Shown: piece by piece, positions 25,246-38,369 of the stretch
Layout: every line of letters begins with the position of its first letter
Position numbering within the stretch: the first letter of the stretch is position 1
Position numbers and translations under genes: made by a program
Source: Octopus sinensis
Lineage: Eukaryota
Reading direction: 5' to 3'
Length of the DNA: 64,000 bases
NCBI RefSeq assembly: GCF_006345805.1
Contig: NC_043005.1
Span: 89,094,001 to 89,158,000, forward strand
Notes under the pieces: model-generated
What the model was told of the DNA's origin: nothing
What the model saw: the letters and a program-made list of their open reading frames with translations, nothing else
Database searches by the model: none

Positions 25246-27332
25246 TGATGAATCTACACGAGATGATTTTTTTCAAACTCTCACAAATACATTACTTACT
25301 CCATCTGTTTCTCCCTCTCCCCCTCTCTCTCTCCCTCTCACCTCTCTTTCTCCCCCTCTCTGTCGCTCTTTCTCTCCCTCTCCCTCTCTCACGCACTCAT
25401 ACACACACACACATTATAAATAGACACACACATCATTCTTTGCTTGCATTTTTTGTTATTTGAGATGTTTCAGAAATTCTTCTCACGACCATTTCTTCGT
25501 AAATATAAACAACGCCAAACATTATGATGCCATGGAATTTCTTGTAATTACTGTTGTTGTTGTTGTTTCCAATCTCTTGTCTTGATTTGATCTGGTGTGG
25601 TCAATTTAATATTTTTAATGGAATAAAACATCTGTTCTCCTATTTCACAATAGTCTTCAGCATCTTTTCATTTGTGTGTGAATTATCTTTAAGTAAGCCC
25701 GCCTTTCCATTCGGACACTACAAAACAACATCCCCCATCAAATTATGTTATCATTCGCCATCTCACAAGGAATAAATATCCATAACCCAGAGGAAAGGGA
25801 AAATAGATAAATACAGGAGCCTGACCGGCCACTATCAGTTTGTACTGGTTGCAGTAGTGACCTCAGGTGTTCTCAGACCCTGCACGGATGATTTACCCCA
25901 CAAAATCAGAATAATTGTGGTCCACCTGACAAATGAGCCCTGCTAGGTGGATTGGCTGCTGAAGCAAGTGTTGCTGGCCATTCTCCACAGCAATGCCTTT
26001 GCAATCAAGTCCACAGAGCACCGTTGAACGTGCCATTTGGTCTGGGGTGTACCACCCTTTGCTTCCTTCTCCTCCCCATTTTCCGCTGCTTAATTCTCAC
26101 CGTTTCCCCCCACTTATTTGTATTGTAGTTTTGTCCAATAAAGTTGGAAGACTAGCAATTTTGGTGATTTGTGTGTTGCACATAAGCTTAAACCAGAGTT
26201 CCTCAACTTTTCTCTACCTTTGGACTTTTTTGATTTCTTGTTTTCCTCTGAAGGAACCTCCGAGCCATTTGATGCTTAAAAAATCTTATTATATTTTTAT
26301 AATGAAAGTATGAGATATTTTATTACACAGAGATTTGAATGGCAAATCTTTCAGGCACCCCTAAGAATCATATGGATAGCAATTTTAGGGGGAAGGGGGG
26401 ACGAGATTAGTCAGTTACATCGACCCCAGTATTTGATTGGTACAGCATTTTATCAGCCTCAAAAGCATGAAAGCCAAACTTGCCCTCGGCAATATTTGAA
26501 CTCAGAACATCAAGAGCCAGAAGAGATGCAGTTAAACATTTTGTCTAATTCTTGCATCTCGTTACCTGGAACTTTTACTAATAAGGATTTCAAATTTTGG
26601 CCAGCAATTTGGGGTGGGGGTTGTCAAATGTTCATTATTCATTTGTTTTTCTCTCTCCCCCATTTCTCACTCCTACAATAGACTCCCTGTAATTTTTAAC
26701 TGGGTTCCACCAACCTGTTCACCTTGTGGCACTTCTTGCCACTGATACTTTAAAATGACTCCTCACCTTCTCATTCTGTTGACCCACAACATTAACAGTT
26801 ACCTTCACTTTACTAATGACTACAATGGAGTCTCTGTCTCATGTCTGCTATTCTAATTTACCTGTCGAAGGTGCATGGCTTAGTGGTCAGTGCATATGTA
26901 CCTGAATGTACAGGATGGGGCAGGGTGTAACACTAGCAGTCAGCTCTGTATTCTAGTCTCCTCTCCCTTTCTCTCTCTCTCTCTCTCTCTCTATGGCACC
27001 AGTGTTGTCCTGATACAACTTGGCATCCCTTTCGTCACAGAATGTCAAAACCCAACACAGACACTGCAACACCCTTTGTCCAACCCTCTAACACCACCAT
27101 TTATCAACCACCCTTGGATTAGTAGAATCACAGAAAACACACACCCTGCATCTAGGGTCAAGCAAAAACAAAATGAGATTTTTTGCAAACAATCAAAATA
27201 AAACAACCAAACAAAAAATACAATAAAAAAAACAAATTAGTTAGAATCATGCAATTTTATTTATCTGTTTGTTTTTTTGGTGCAAATGGATTTAATCAAA
27301 ATGGTTCCCTTATAAGGTAGTGTATATAGATA

Positions 27333-27383
<51 letters not shown>

Positions 27384-27652
27384 GGTATGCACGGTATAGA
27401 GCGTGTATACAGATGTAAACATTGACAAAAACACCTTTAGTTCATATAAGTAATCTCTATCATTATATATAATCTAAACATTAATTTTCTTTTATATTTA
27501 ACATTCACTAAAAATATCCCTCCTCTTTCTATAAGTTACTTCTGATGTTATATCATATAACATTTTCAAACAATATTAATAGCGTTCAGTAAATCACTAT
27601 ACACATCCATCATTTTCAGTTAAAATGTCTTATTGACGAGTTTCATTTATTC

Positions 27653-27740
27653 ACTTCCCTAAAGAGAAGATTACATTGCTTTACACCATTTTATTCTATT
27701 GAATAATATCAGTGAAATCTTCGAAACATGTGTCGGAAGT
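27653..27740 (+). ncRNA. Minimal type-I hammerhead ribozyme motif (G5 mutated) in Penelope-LTR-like sequence
   Basis: ACTTCC CTAAAGA GAAGATT [43 nt] AATCTTC GAAA CATGTG TC GGAAGT: 6-bp stem I, 7-bp stem II, GUC site. Confidence 0.75.
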
Positions 27741-27776
27741 AAAACTATTTGAATTATACCTGCGTTAAACTCCATT

Positions 27777-27874
<98 letters not shown>

Positions 27875-28999
27875 ATGTAAATACATGAATAATGAAAAAC
27901 CCTAATGTTTTAATGATAGAAAGTTTCTCAAACCATTCGGAAAATCCCCAAAGAATGGTTTCCTCTCTTTTTATTCATTTCCTCCAAATCTTTTTGTTTT
28001 GTCTTTTGATTCTATTTTCCACAGAACTTTACACTTTAATTGCACATTGGAATATAAGAATTAAAAATAAATATGAAAATAAATTTAAAAGAAAATAAAT
28101 GCATAACAATACTAATAATAAAAGTAATAATAAATATAATAACAGAGACCTTTATAACTTAATATCATTTAAGATAGCATGGAGATTTGAAAATGAATGG
28201 AGACCCTACCAGAAGGGAGAGAGTGAGAGAGAGAGAATTGGTGGAAGGAAATGTTGCACAAGTATATACATAATGAAGAAAAGCTATAAGTGCATAAACT
28301 CCTTTGTGTGTGTGTATATATATATATACATACACTCACCTGGGTATGTATATGCATTTGAAAAAGATTCAAACCAAATAAAATAGTATTCCCTGGATGA
28401 ATGAAATCCTGTTTATACATGCAAGCCTGAGAACATGGGGTAATAATTGTAAAAATGAAAGTAGAAGAACAACATACTGGCAGTAAGGAGTGGCAGCACT
28501 GTGAAATGGACAAGTGTTTCATTAACTTGTAGTGCCAAGTTCAATTCCAGGTGTTGTTCTAGCTTGGCAAAGGTTGGCCTCCGTTCAGCAGATTTGTTCT
28601 ACATATACAACACAAGAAGAGCAAGTTTCCTCTGTTGGTCCTCTACAACCCAGTGATGCTGTGGCTGTTGACTGTTTATTTATAGAGAGTAGCCCTAAAG
28701 ATGGCAAGGGAATAAGGAAGATCTTTCTTTGGAGAAGGATAAGGGAAGTATGGTGTGACCTTAACAGATAAAAAGGCAATACTGAGATTTTTTAAATGAT
28801 AAGGGCTGCACAGGGCTGCCTTAAAAAGGTAAAAAAGCTGTACAGGGCCCCTTTAAAAGGTAAAGGCTGCATAAGAATGTTCAACCAGACTGTACAAAGG
28901 CAACCATTTCATTCCTGACAACAAGGTATAAAAAATCAAAACAACAAAACAAAAAAGTAAAAAATAAGACAAAACAGCAGTTGAATTGAAATTTTCATA

Positions 29000-30120
29000 A
29001 GTCAAAACATCACACCTTGCTTCTTATTAAGGTTTTCTAGGGGTTTAGTCTTTGCTAACTCAACTCTAAGGCCCCTTGATTCCAAACCTTGCTTCCACAC
29101 CTGAAATTTCTTCTCTAGTTCTTGTAGTGATTCAGCAATAAGTTCAAAGTTATCAGCATAGGGGAGCTTTCATGAGCAACACATCTGAAATTCCTGTTAT
29201 GGCCAGAAGGTCTATGATGAACAAAAAGGGGGCTGAGAATCGATCCTTTGTGTACACTCCTACCTGTACACTGAATTCACTGTTATACTCGTTGCCAGCC
29301 TTCACCTTACAATCAGCATCTCTCTACCTGGTTTCTACAGCTCTCACCAGCCACTCATGTATCTCTAGCCTTCTGCATTGCCCACCAGATAAGGGAGCAG
29401 GGGAGCCCCTCAAAGGCTTTCTCCATTTCAATAAAAGCAAAGTACTTCTCCTGAAGCAGCTTCACCAAGAAGATAGCATCAGTTGTGCATCTTCCTGGCA
29501 CAAAACCAAACTGCATTCCATCAAGACTCTCCCTTTTTAATTTTTGACCTTCTCTGTAACTTTCATCACCTGTTCCAGCAATTTGATACTTTTGTAATTA
29601 TCTCAGTCTAAAGTATCACCTTTACATTTGTAGGGTTGACTATAATGTTGCTACTCCAACCATTGGGTGTGTCATCTTTAAGGACACCACCATGTCACCA
29701 TAGGTGTGGAGAGGACTTTGCACTATCCACAAATTTGGTCAGTGGCCACCATTGTGTTGTCTCATAGGAACCTCCAGTTGTCCTCTATGTTATTCATATA
29801 TTACTATCTTCTCCTCCTCTCCCTCCTTGCCAAATGCTTCATTTAGAATCTCTCTAAATCTCTGACTATTCAGAGGATCCTTAAGCTTCCAAATCTTTCT
29901 TTTCCAAACTGGTTTGCTTCTTGGTGTCTTTCTAGCCTGAACTCTGAATTCACTATTAACTAACACATGTCGAGGTTTGCACTCTTCACCTGGGAAGGGT
30001 TTTGTGTTTATAAGCAACCAGCTTTCCTGCTTTCTGGTGAGAATATAGTCAATCTTGCTTTGTGTGGCCACCACATTAATAAGTGAACAGGTGACTGGTT
30101 GGTTTCTTGAAGTCATTATT
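29000..30120 (-). mobile_element. RTE-clade LINE remnant (second family)
   Basis: QSKIDYILTRK...VWKRKIWKLKDP; homologous to 16700-18830 and 60212-63396. Confidence 0.8.
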
Positions 30121-30895
30121 GCAAATAATAAATTGTGCGCACTCAACTAAATGCACAAACAAATAAATATATTCATATGCATATGTGTATATGTGCCCAT
30201 GCAAATATGTATAAGTTATTTCTTATGCAAGTCATTCAATTGCTGCACCTGGTTTGTTACGGTTGGAATGGCATTGATGTTATTCCTTTTAAATCGAGTT
30301 ACTCAAATGGAATATTTTAAAATGTAAAAAACAACGAAGAGTAATAAATCACACCCGCTACAAATACTGTACACGTTGTGTTAAAAATAGTGAAATTATG
30401 AAGAATTCCTTTGATTCTCGTTGAAATTCTTGGCCACCAACTGCATTTATTTTCCTGGCGATACGCTTTATTCTTCATCATCATCATCATCATCCTCATC
30501 ATCATTTTGCCATCATCATCCTCAACCTCATTATCATTATCATCATCCTTTAATGTCCATGTCCCATGCTCACATTTAGTATTCAAAGGATAGGAACACT
30601 AAGTATGATTTAATGGGGTCCATTATTAGTTAGGCACCATCATACAATACTGGTAATTTTAAACGTGATCTTTGCTTTGGGGTATTATATAATTTCTTTT
30701 AAATAAATATCATTGAATTATAAAGGTATTTTACAATGAAATGTTCTCACAAATATAGAAAAACATTTAAATACTTCAATTCTAAATAACTCATTAATTG
30801 TAATTGCTTTTCACATAATATGACACGCATATTTTTTTCTAAAAATGTTAAGCATATTTTATAGATAGGTAACTAATTGTTGTGACGTAGGATTT

Positions 30896-31330
30896 TTATG
30901 AGGGGGTGCTGAAAATTTCTTGGCTTTGGGTAAAAGAAAATACATAAGAATCAGTTAATTGTGATGTTATACAACATATTCCCCCCTCACACTCACACAC
31001 ATATTGCAGCGGTCCTTCATTTTTTTAAACCCTCTAAAAAGAAATCGAAATGTTGGGCCTCAACCAAGCGTCGGTACCAGCGATCACATTCGAATTGGAG
31101 TGAAATTTTGTTCCCTTGGGGACTTTCTTCAGTTGTGGAAGGAGGTGGTAGTCGGAGGGGGCCAAGCCAGGAGAGCAAGGAGAATGGACTACCTATTCGA
31201 AACCAAAGTCACATGTTTTCTGTAGTTTCATGTGTTGTGTGTGCTGGTGCATTGTCCTGCAAGAACAGGATATTACGGCTCAGCTTCCCCGGTGTTTCTG
31301 TTCAAATCTTCCTGTAGTTCGTCCAACAGA
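30896..31330 (-). mobile_element. Mariner transposon 3' remnant
   Basis: TIR TATGAGGGGGTGCTGAAAA; degenerate SPGLAPSDYHLLPQLKK...KFHSN. Confidence 0.7.
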
Positions 31331-31379
31331 GACATGTAGTATTCTGCGGTAGATTTGAAAAATTAGAATGTATAAGCAT

Positions 31380-31600
31380 TTTTTATATTCCATCCCGTAA
31401 AGATTGCCATGAACCTCCAAAATGAACATTGCTGCATCTCTTCTGAAACAACTGCAAAACTTGTGGTTGTTTTAGCTGCTCTGCATCAATGTTCTTTGGT
31501 ACTCGTACACCTGCACTAAGATTCTTCTTCCGGATCATGAACTTGAACTTGGCCCTAACCATTTTGTGACCAGTATCACAATCAGTACCACGCAATACTC
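31380..31600 (-). mobile_element. RTE APE/linker fragment
   Basis: RGTDCDTGHKMVRAKFK. Confidence 0.65.
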
Positions 31601-31614
31601 CCCTTCAAATCTAA

Positions 31615-33500
31615 ACTCCCCCTCTCTGGAATGTTCAACATTCCTTCCTCCCCTTCCTACCTGCATCTCTCAAATTCCCTCTCTGGAATGTTCAACATTC
31701 CTTCCTCCCATTCCTCCCCTTCACCTCTCAAATCCCCCTCTGGAATGTTCAACATTCCTTCCTCCTCTCCCTCCCCTTCACTTCTGAAATCCCCCTCTCT
31801 GGAATGTCAGCATTCCTTCATCCCCTTCCTCCACTTTATGTCTCAAAACCCCCTCTCTGCAATGTTCAACATTCCTTCCTCCCCTTCCTTCCCTTCACCT
31901 CTCAAATTCCCTCTCTGGAATGTGCAACGTTCCTTCTCCCCTTCCTCACTTCACCTCGCAAACCCCTATCTCTGGAATGTTCAACATTCCTTCCTCCCCT
32001 TCCTCCACTTTACCTCTCTGGAATGTTCAACATCCCTTACTCACCTTCCTCCCCTTCACTTCTCAAATCTCTTTCTCTAAATGTTCAACATTCCTTCCTC
32101 CCCTTCACCTCTCAAATCCCCTTCTCTGCAATGTTCAACATTCCTTACTCCCCCTCCTCCCCGTCACCTCTCAAATAACCCCTCGCTGGAATTTGAAACA
32201 TTCCTTCCTCCACTTCCTCCCCTTCACCTCTCAAACCCCTGTCTCAGAAATGTACAACATTCATTCTTCCCCTTCCTCACCTTCACCTCTAAAACCTGCT
32301 CACTGGAATGTTGGACATTCTTTCGTTCACTTCCTCCCCTTCACTTCTCAAGTCCCTTGCTCTGGATTGTTCAACATTCCTTCTTCCCCTTCCTCCACTT
32401 CGTCTCTCAAATCCCCCTCTCGGGAATATTCAACATTTCTTCCTACACCTCTTCACCTCTCAAATCACCCTCTCTGGAATGTTTAACATTCCTTCCTCCC
32501 CTCCTCCACTTCACCTCTGAAATCCCCCTCTCTGGATTGTTCAAAATTCCTTCCTCCCCTTATTCCCCTTCACCTCTCAAATCCCCCACTCTGGAACGTT
32601 CAACATTCCTTCCTCCCCTTCAGTTCTGAAATACACCCCTCTCTGGAATGTTCAACATTCTTTCCCCCCTTCCTCAGCGTCACCTCTGAAATCCCTCTTT
32701 CTGGATTGTTCAAAATTCCTTCCTCCCCTTCCTCCTATTCACCTCTCAAATCCCCCTCTCTGGAATGTTCAACATTTCTTTCTCCCCTTCCTCAGCGATA
32801 CCTCTGAAATCCCCCACTCTGGAACGTTCAACATTCCTTCTCCCCTTCCTCCTATTCACCTCTCAAATCCCCCACTCTGGAACGTTCAACATTCCTTCCT
32901 CCCCTTCCTCCTATTCACCTCTCAAATCCCCCACTCTGGAACGTTCAACATTCCTTCCTCCCCTTCCTCCTATTCACCTCTCAAATCCCCCTTTCTGGAT
33001 TGTTCAAAATTCCTTCCTCACCTTCCTCCCCTTCACCTCACAAATCTCCCTCTCTGGAATGTTCAACATTCGTCCCTTCCCTCCCTCCCCTTCACCTCTC
33101 AAATCCCCCTTCCTGGAAAGTTCAACATTCCTTCCTGCCCTTCACCTCTCGAATGTTCGTTCCTCTCTGGAGTATTCATTATTCTTTCCTCCCCTTCCTC
33201 CCCTTCCTCCCCTTCCTCCCCTTCCTCCCCTTCACCTCTCAAATCACCCTCTCTGGAATGTTTAACATACCTTCCTCCCCTTCCACCCCTTCCCCTCTCA
33301 AATGCCCCTCTCTGGAATGTTCAACTTTCCTTCCTCCCCTATCTTCCCTTCACCTATCAAATCCCCCTCTCTGGAAAGTTCAACATTCGTCCCTTCCCTT
33401 CCTCCCCTTCACCCGTCAAATCCCGTTTTCTGGAATGTTCAACATTCCTTCCTCCCCTTCACCTCTCAAATCCCCCTCTATGGAATGTTCATCATTCCTT
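31615..33500. repeat. ~58-bp pyrimidine-rich minisatellite, about 33 units
   Basis: Consensus CCTCTCT-GGAATGTTCAACATTCC-TTCCTCCCCTTCCTCCCCTTCACCTCTCAAATCCC. Confidence 0.95.
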
Positions 33501-33519
33501 ACCCACATGTTTATAATTG

Positions 33520-33646
33520 TGTGTATGTATGTATGTATGTGTGCATGTATGTATGTATGTATGTATATGTATGTATGTATGTATGTATATAGTATGTATG
33601 TATGTATGTATGTATGTATGTGTATGTATGTATGTATGTATGTATG

Positions 33647-33680
<34 letters not shown>

Positions 33681-33690
33681 TGTATGTATG

Positions 33691-33724
<34 letters not shown>

Positions 33725-33985
33725 TGTGTGCATGTATGTTTGTATGTATGTTGTATTATGTATGTATGTATGTATGTATATATTTGTGTGTCTGTGTTTG
33801 TGTCCCACCCCCAATCGCTTGACAACCGATGTTGGTGTGTTTACGTACCCGAAAGTTAACGTTTCAGCAAAGCGACCGATAGAATAAGTACTTGGCTTAC
33901 AAAGAATTAGTCTTGAGGTCGATTTGTTCGGCTAGAGGCGGTGCTCCAGCATGGCCGCAGCCCAATCACTGAACCCATTAAAGGA
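33520..33985 (+). repeat. (TATG)n microsatellite followed by a SINE 3' fragment
   Basis: Direct inspection; SINE segment homologous to 1130-1310. Confidence 0.85.
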
Positions 33986-34439
33986 ATTTTAAATAATCGT
34001 TACAGTTGTGTAAATATAAATCCTGATGTTAAAGTAATATTTTAATTTTATTCTTAAATTTTTCTCGTGCAATAAAAGGACAGACTATGCACTGTAATTC
34101 AAGGGTAAATGTTTAATCTTATCCAACAAACCACTGGATTACAGAGATTACTCCTATCCTTAAGTTAATCTACCATCAAATTTCATGGACTAACAAAATA
34201 AAACCACATTATCAGGTTTAAGAAATATGAGAGTTATTTCCCTTTGTTAGTTTTGTACGCTTATTATAAAGATAGTTACCTCCCTTACTAAATGATCCCG
34301 ATTTCATTTTGAAATTAAAACGTTATCTCTTATCCAGCTTCCAAAAAAATGGAATTTTCAAAATTTCATTAATACCATGTAATATCGTGTAATATATTCT
34401 GCCCTCTATTGAGTAAGCAAACCCTGTTTTTTTTTAATT

Positions 34440-35160
34440 TATTAGGTTATCAAGAAAGTTCTTGTGGTTTTAACCTTTAAATTCAGATGCACATATCTCG
34501 GCCCAAACAAAACTTTATTAATAGAAAGAAACACCATCAGAATCAACAGACTTTTGCCAACGCGAAACAAGTTTATTTATGCCAGTAGCGTGAAAATCCT
34601 GCGTTCTGGTGGTGATGAAGTCGTTGAAGGCGTCTTTGGCATCGTCTTGGTTTTTGAAGCATCTCTCACGCAGGAAGTTGTCAAGATGCTTGAAAAAATG
34701 GTTATCGGTAGGCGAGAGGTCTGGTGAGTATGGCGGATGAGGCAGAGTTTCGCAGCCCAATTCGTTCAACTTCTGCAGGGTCAATTGTGCGACGTGCGGC
34801 CGAGCATTGTCGTGGAGAAGAATTGGTCCTTATCTATTGACCAATGCTGGCTGTTGTCGGAGTTTCTTATGCATTTCATACATTTGCTGACAGTACTTCT
34901 CCGCCGTAATGGTTTCGCTTGGATCCAAATAGCTATAATGGATGAGACCGGCAACAGACCACCAAACAGTCACCATGGCCTTCTTTTGGTGCAATTTTGG
35001 CTTCGGGAAGTGCCGTGGAACTTCGTCGGTGTCCAACCACTGAGCTGAGTGTCGTCGGTTGTCCTAAAAAATCCACTTTTCATCGCAAGTCACAATCTGG
35101 TCGAGATACGTGTCGTTCTTCTGCGTAAAAGAAGGGAAGACGACACTTCAAAATGGCGTT
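34440..35160 (-). mobile_element. Mariner (Hsmar1/SETMAR-like) transposase pseudogene, 3' two-thirds with TIR
   Basis: IVTCDEKWI, KAMVTVWW, LHDNARPH, HPPYSPDLSPTD (DD34D); TIR TTAGGTTATCAAGAAAG at ~34442. Confidence 0.93.
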
Positions 35161-35806
35161 TGGGGGTGTATGTTTCCGTTAAAATAAATTAAAGATACAA
35201 ATATAAAGTTTGAAAATAAACAGATATATAAAAAATAGAACACAGAATAAATAAATATCTTTGGCATAAAAAATGAGAAAAAATGAGATACAAACTTGAA
35301 ACCTACTAGAATAAAAATTGCTATGTGTATGAATGTATGTATAATACGAGAATTTTAATGGAGGTAAAGCTCCACTATATAGTACAACTGTTTTTTCACC
35401 CGTATATGAGTTAACGATTAATAAAATTTGCTATACGATAAAAATTTCAGATATTTCTCTTAAAATATTCACCCAAGCAAATTCAGAATTCACATGTAGG
35501 ACATGGGGTATTATTCCATTCCAATATCCACATATTTATATTAGGAGTTTCAGGATAACAATATAGAAGTATTAACATAAATAAGAAATATAACAAGATA
35601 AACATAAAAACCTAAAATATATAAGGGGTATCATGAAGCTAGAAAATAAATTAAGAGAAACGATTGAAAGTATTTGTCCAAACCTGCGCCCGTTTCACAA
35701 AAGTTTTAACGGCTTGTAGGAAATAGTCCAAATTCACCTCACTCTGTAAAAAACGTTTCCTTCCTCAGGGTTCCTTTCTCCGGGTAAAATCAAGTAAGGC
35801 ACTACA

Positions 35807-35964
35807 TGGTGACAGATTTCTTTATTAGGTATAAAGCCCCAAACACAGAGGGGACACCACAAGGACAGACAACACCAATTTGAACAACAATGGCAACAAT
35901 TCGAATAACAATTCAATAATTATTTCAGCATTAACCCACGTAAACATAATAACAACGCCCAAGG
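35807..35964 (-). mobile_element. Mini Tx1-like unit: 5' UTR segment joined directly to the 3' tail
   Basis: 35873-35964 matches the 5' UTR at ~37725-37814; 35816-35872 matches the tail at 35983-36040. Confidence 0.8.
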
Positions 35965-35982
35965 TGACAATTCAATTGGAGG

Positions 35983-37814
35983 ATTTCTTTATTAGGTATA
36001 AAGCCCCAAACACAGACGGGACACCACAAGGACAGACAAGACCACAGTGGGGACAAAAAACATAAACGAATGTAAATGAGATGAAATTATATAAAAAATG
36101 AAAATGGTTGCATGGGCCCCACTTCCATGCGGTACATTTGAACCGTTATATACATTATCTACAATTGGTCTTCGATTTTTCACTACTTTTTTTAAACATA
36201 GCATAAAACACTTTACTCTTACTTTTTTTTTACTTTTTCTCCCTTTTTTATTTTTTTTTACCTTTTTCTTTTTTCTTTCCTTTTTTTCTCTCAATTTAAC
36301 AAACATATTTTCTTTTTAATAGTACTTCTTCAATGGTTCGATTTCTATTAAATCCACAACTGGCGGCAATTCTTTGAAATCCACCCTCACTCCTGGTGGT
36401 CAGTACTATCTCCACACATTTCTTCCAGTTTCTTGTAGTTTTCCTTTTCTATCACTATCGCCTTCATATCCTCTGCATATATGTATGATGCTACTTTCAC
36501 TCTTACTATTTCATTAAACTTGACTATCTTCTTCTCTGTTTCTACATTCTTTGGGTAGGTCACGTAATACCATACTCCATTTCCTCCTTGTATTTTCCTT
36601 CCTTTATTTTGAACTCTTTGTTCTCTCTTTTCCTCCTCCACTCTAAACAGTCTCTCCATCTCTTCTTCGGCCAGTTGAATTTCCGAATCCTTTCCCACCG
36701 GAACAACTGGTATCTTTACTTGTAGCTCCACTTTCTTTTTACTTTCTTTCTCTGTCACCCTTTTGTCTTCCTTCCTGCTGACCTCCTTCACAGTTTCTTT
36801 TCTCATCTCTTCTCTCTTCTTTTTCTGTTTCTCTGGCGGACATCCCTTCCCTCCGCTCTTCCTTCTTTTTTTTACCACAGTAAAATCATCCTCTGTTTTT
36901 TTTTCCTTTGCCTCGACCTGTTCTACCTGGTCCACGCTCTCTTCTCTCTCCACCTGCTCTCCTTGTTGCTTTTTCTGGGTGCACCATGCCTTCATGTGGC
37001 CCTTTTCTCCACATGAAAAGCATATCGGCGGCCTACCCTCCACTGTAACTCTCAGTCTCACATCTTCTGGGAGGACAATCTCATCCCCCACACTGTTCCA
37101 ATCCTCCGTTGTTGCCTGTATAGTCAATTCAATTCCATAAACCCAGTAGTCCACCTTCTGGGTCCTCGTGCCTTCAAAATCTTTCCTTCTTTCATATTAT
37201 ACGTTATGGCTGTCATCAGCCATGCCTCCTTCAGTTCGGGTGGCACCTTATCCACTCGTACTTTGGCCACACGTTTGCCACAGTACGAAGGCAAGAGCAC
37301 CCACTCCTCCGATCTTATAGCCTCCGTGGAGTGTTTAACTGCTTCCTCCTCCGTTGCGAAGCGCACCTCCACAGTCGCATATCTTCTTCCTCTTGTAACG
37401 AATGCTGTGTATCTTTTTATGTCTTTGATACATTCTTCTATTACCGCTATAGGGGCAACCTCTATTTTCCTAGTGGCTGCCTTCATGGTTTTGTACACTA
37501 CTGTTCTCTTTGTCACATTCGTAGATAGCTCCTCGGGTGGCTTCAGCTTCAAAGTACTTCCTTCCATTGTGACTAATTTTTCACACTCCTTCTTCACCTT
37601 TCGAGGTTCCACTTTAACTCGCGGACCTCCAACTCTGCACGTCTACTCCTTCGCCAGTTACGGCCGCATAACTTGGGCCTTCCCCTAGCACCCTTTCCAT
37701 CTCCCCACAATGGGGAACAAAACAACAATTACAGAATCAACAATGGTAACAATTTGAACAACAATTCAATAAATATTTCAACATTAACTCACGTACACAC
37801 AATAACAACGCCCC
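35983..37814 (-). mobile_element. ORF1-only Tx1/L1-like non-autonomous retrotransposon (HAL1-like)
   Basis: 5' UTR, ORF1, ~350-bp 3' UTR and an AATAA tail; no ORF2 sequence recognisable. Confidence 0.75.
36387..37700 (-). pseudogene. Tx1/L1-type ORF1 (gag-like) with two frameshifts
   Basis: ATG at 37700 (MERVLGEGPSYAAVT); RRM-like YATVEVRFATEEEA; zinc knuckle CFSCGEKGHMKAWC (CX2CX4HX4C); K/E-rich tail. Confidence 0.85.
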
Positions 37815-37825
37815 AAGGCACTACA

Positions 37826-38350
37826 CAGCGAGTTTTATTATTTTCCATAAGGGGTGAGCAAAGAGGGGGACAGCACAAACAAACTTTGGGGTCGACAAAT
37901 GAGATATAAAAATTTAAATTGGTGTATATGATTAATCGAATGGTACACAAAAACGATAATTACAAACACTAAAAACCAATGAGAGAAAAATAAACTGGTA
38001 TGCTCCGACCCCCCCCCCCCCCACGAGCCCTGTCTTTCATCCATCGACACCTTGTTTTTTTCCTTTATGACGTGTTCACACAGGGCCTTTCACACCCAAC
38101 ATCCGTGCAACACGCATCCATCGTTTTTAAACACCTTCTCAGACAGACACCTTCTTTCCAGCTCCACTTTTCTTTTCAAGTGAAACTTAAAGAAGTTCAC
38201 TAAAGCGAGGCCAGATATGAAGTTGCCTGTCCTAATCCCTTTCATCCCTGTCTTCCAGATCGCCTCTTTCACCATTGCCACTTCTACGAGAAAGCAATTC
38301 TTACCTTCATTCGTGAGGAAATCCGCGACATAATTTCTTTTCCTCAACAG
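37826..38350 (-). mobile_element. Tx1-like LINE ORF2 C-terminus and 3' UTR
   Basis: VAMVKEAIWKTGMKG...FFKFHLKRKVELERRCLSEKVF.(K)RW, then a tail ending CCCCTTATGGAAAATAATAAAA. Confidence 0.7.
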
Positions 38351-38369
38351 GCCCTGCCCTGTTTAACGT

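Noticed and set aside
31615-33500. CRISPR-like array (palindromic repeat at regular spacing)
   Set aside because: The spacers are homologous to one another, the repeats are degenerate, there are no cas genes and the context is eukaryotic. It is a minisatellite.
31631-33592. S/P-rich KSP-repeat proteins from the ORF track
   Set aside because: Translations of the minisatellite in shifting frames with stops; no splice structure.
35750-35775. Minus-strand CTGAGGA-AG-GAAACGTT
   Set aside because: No stem II between the core halves.
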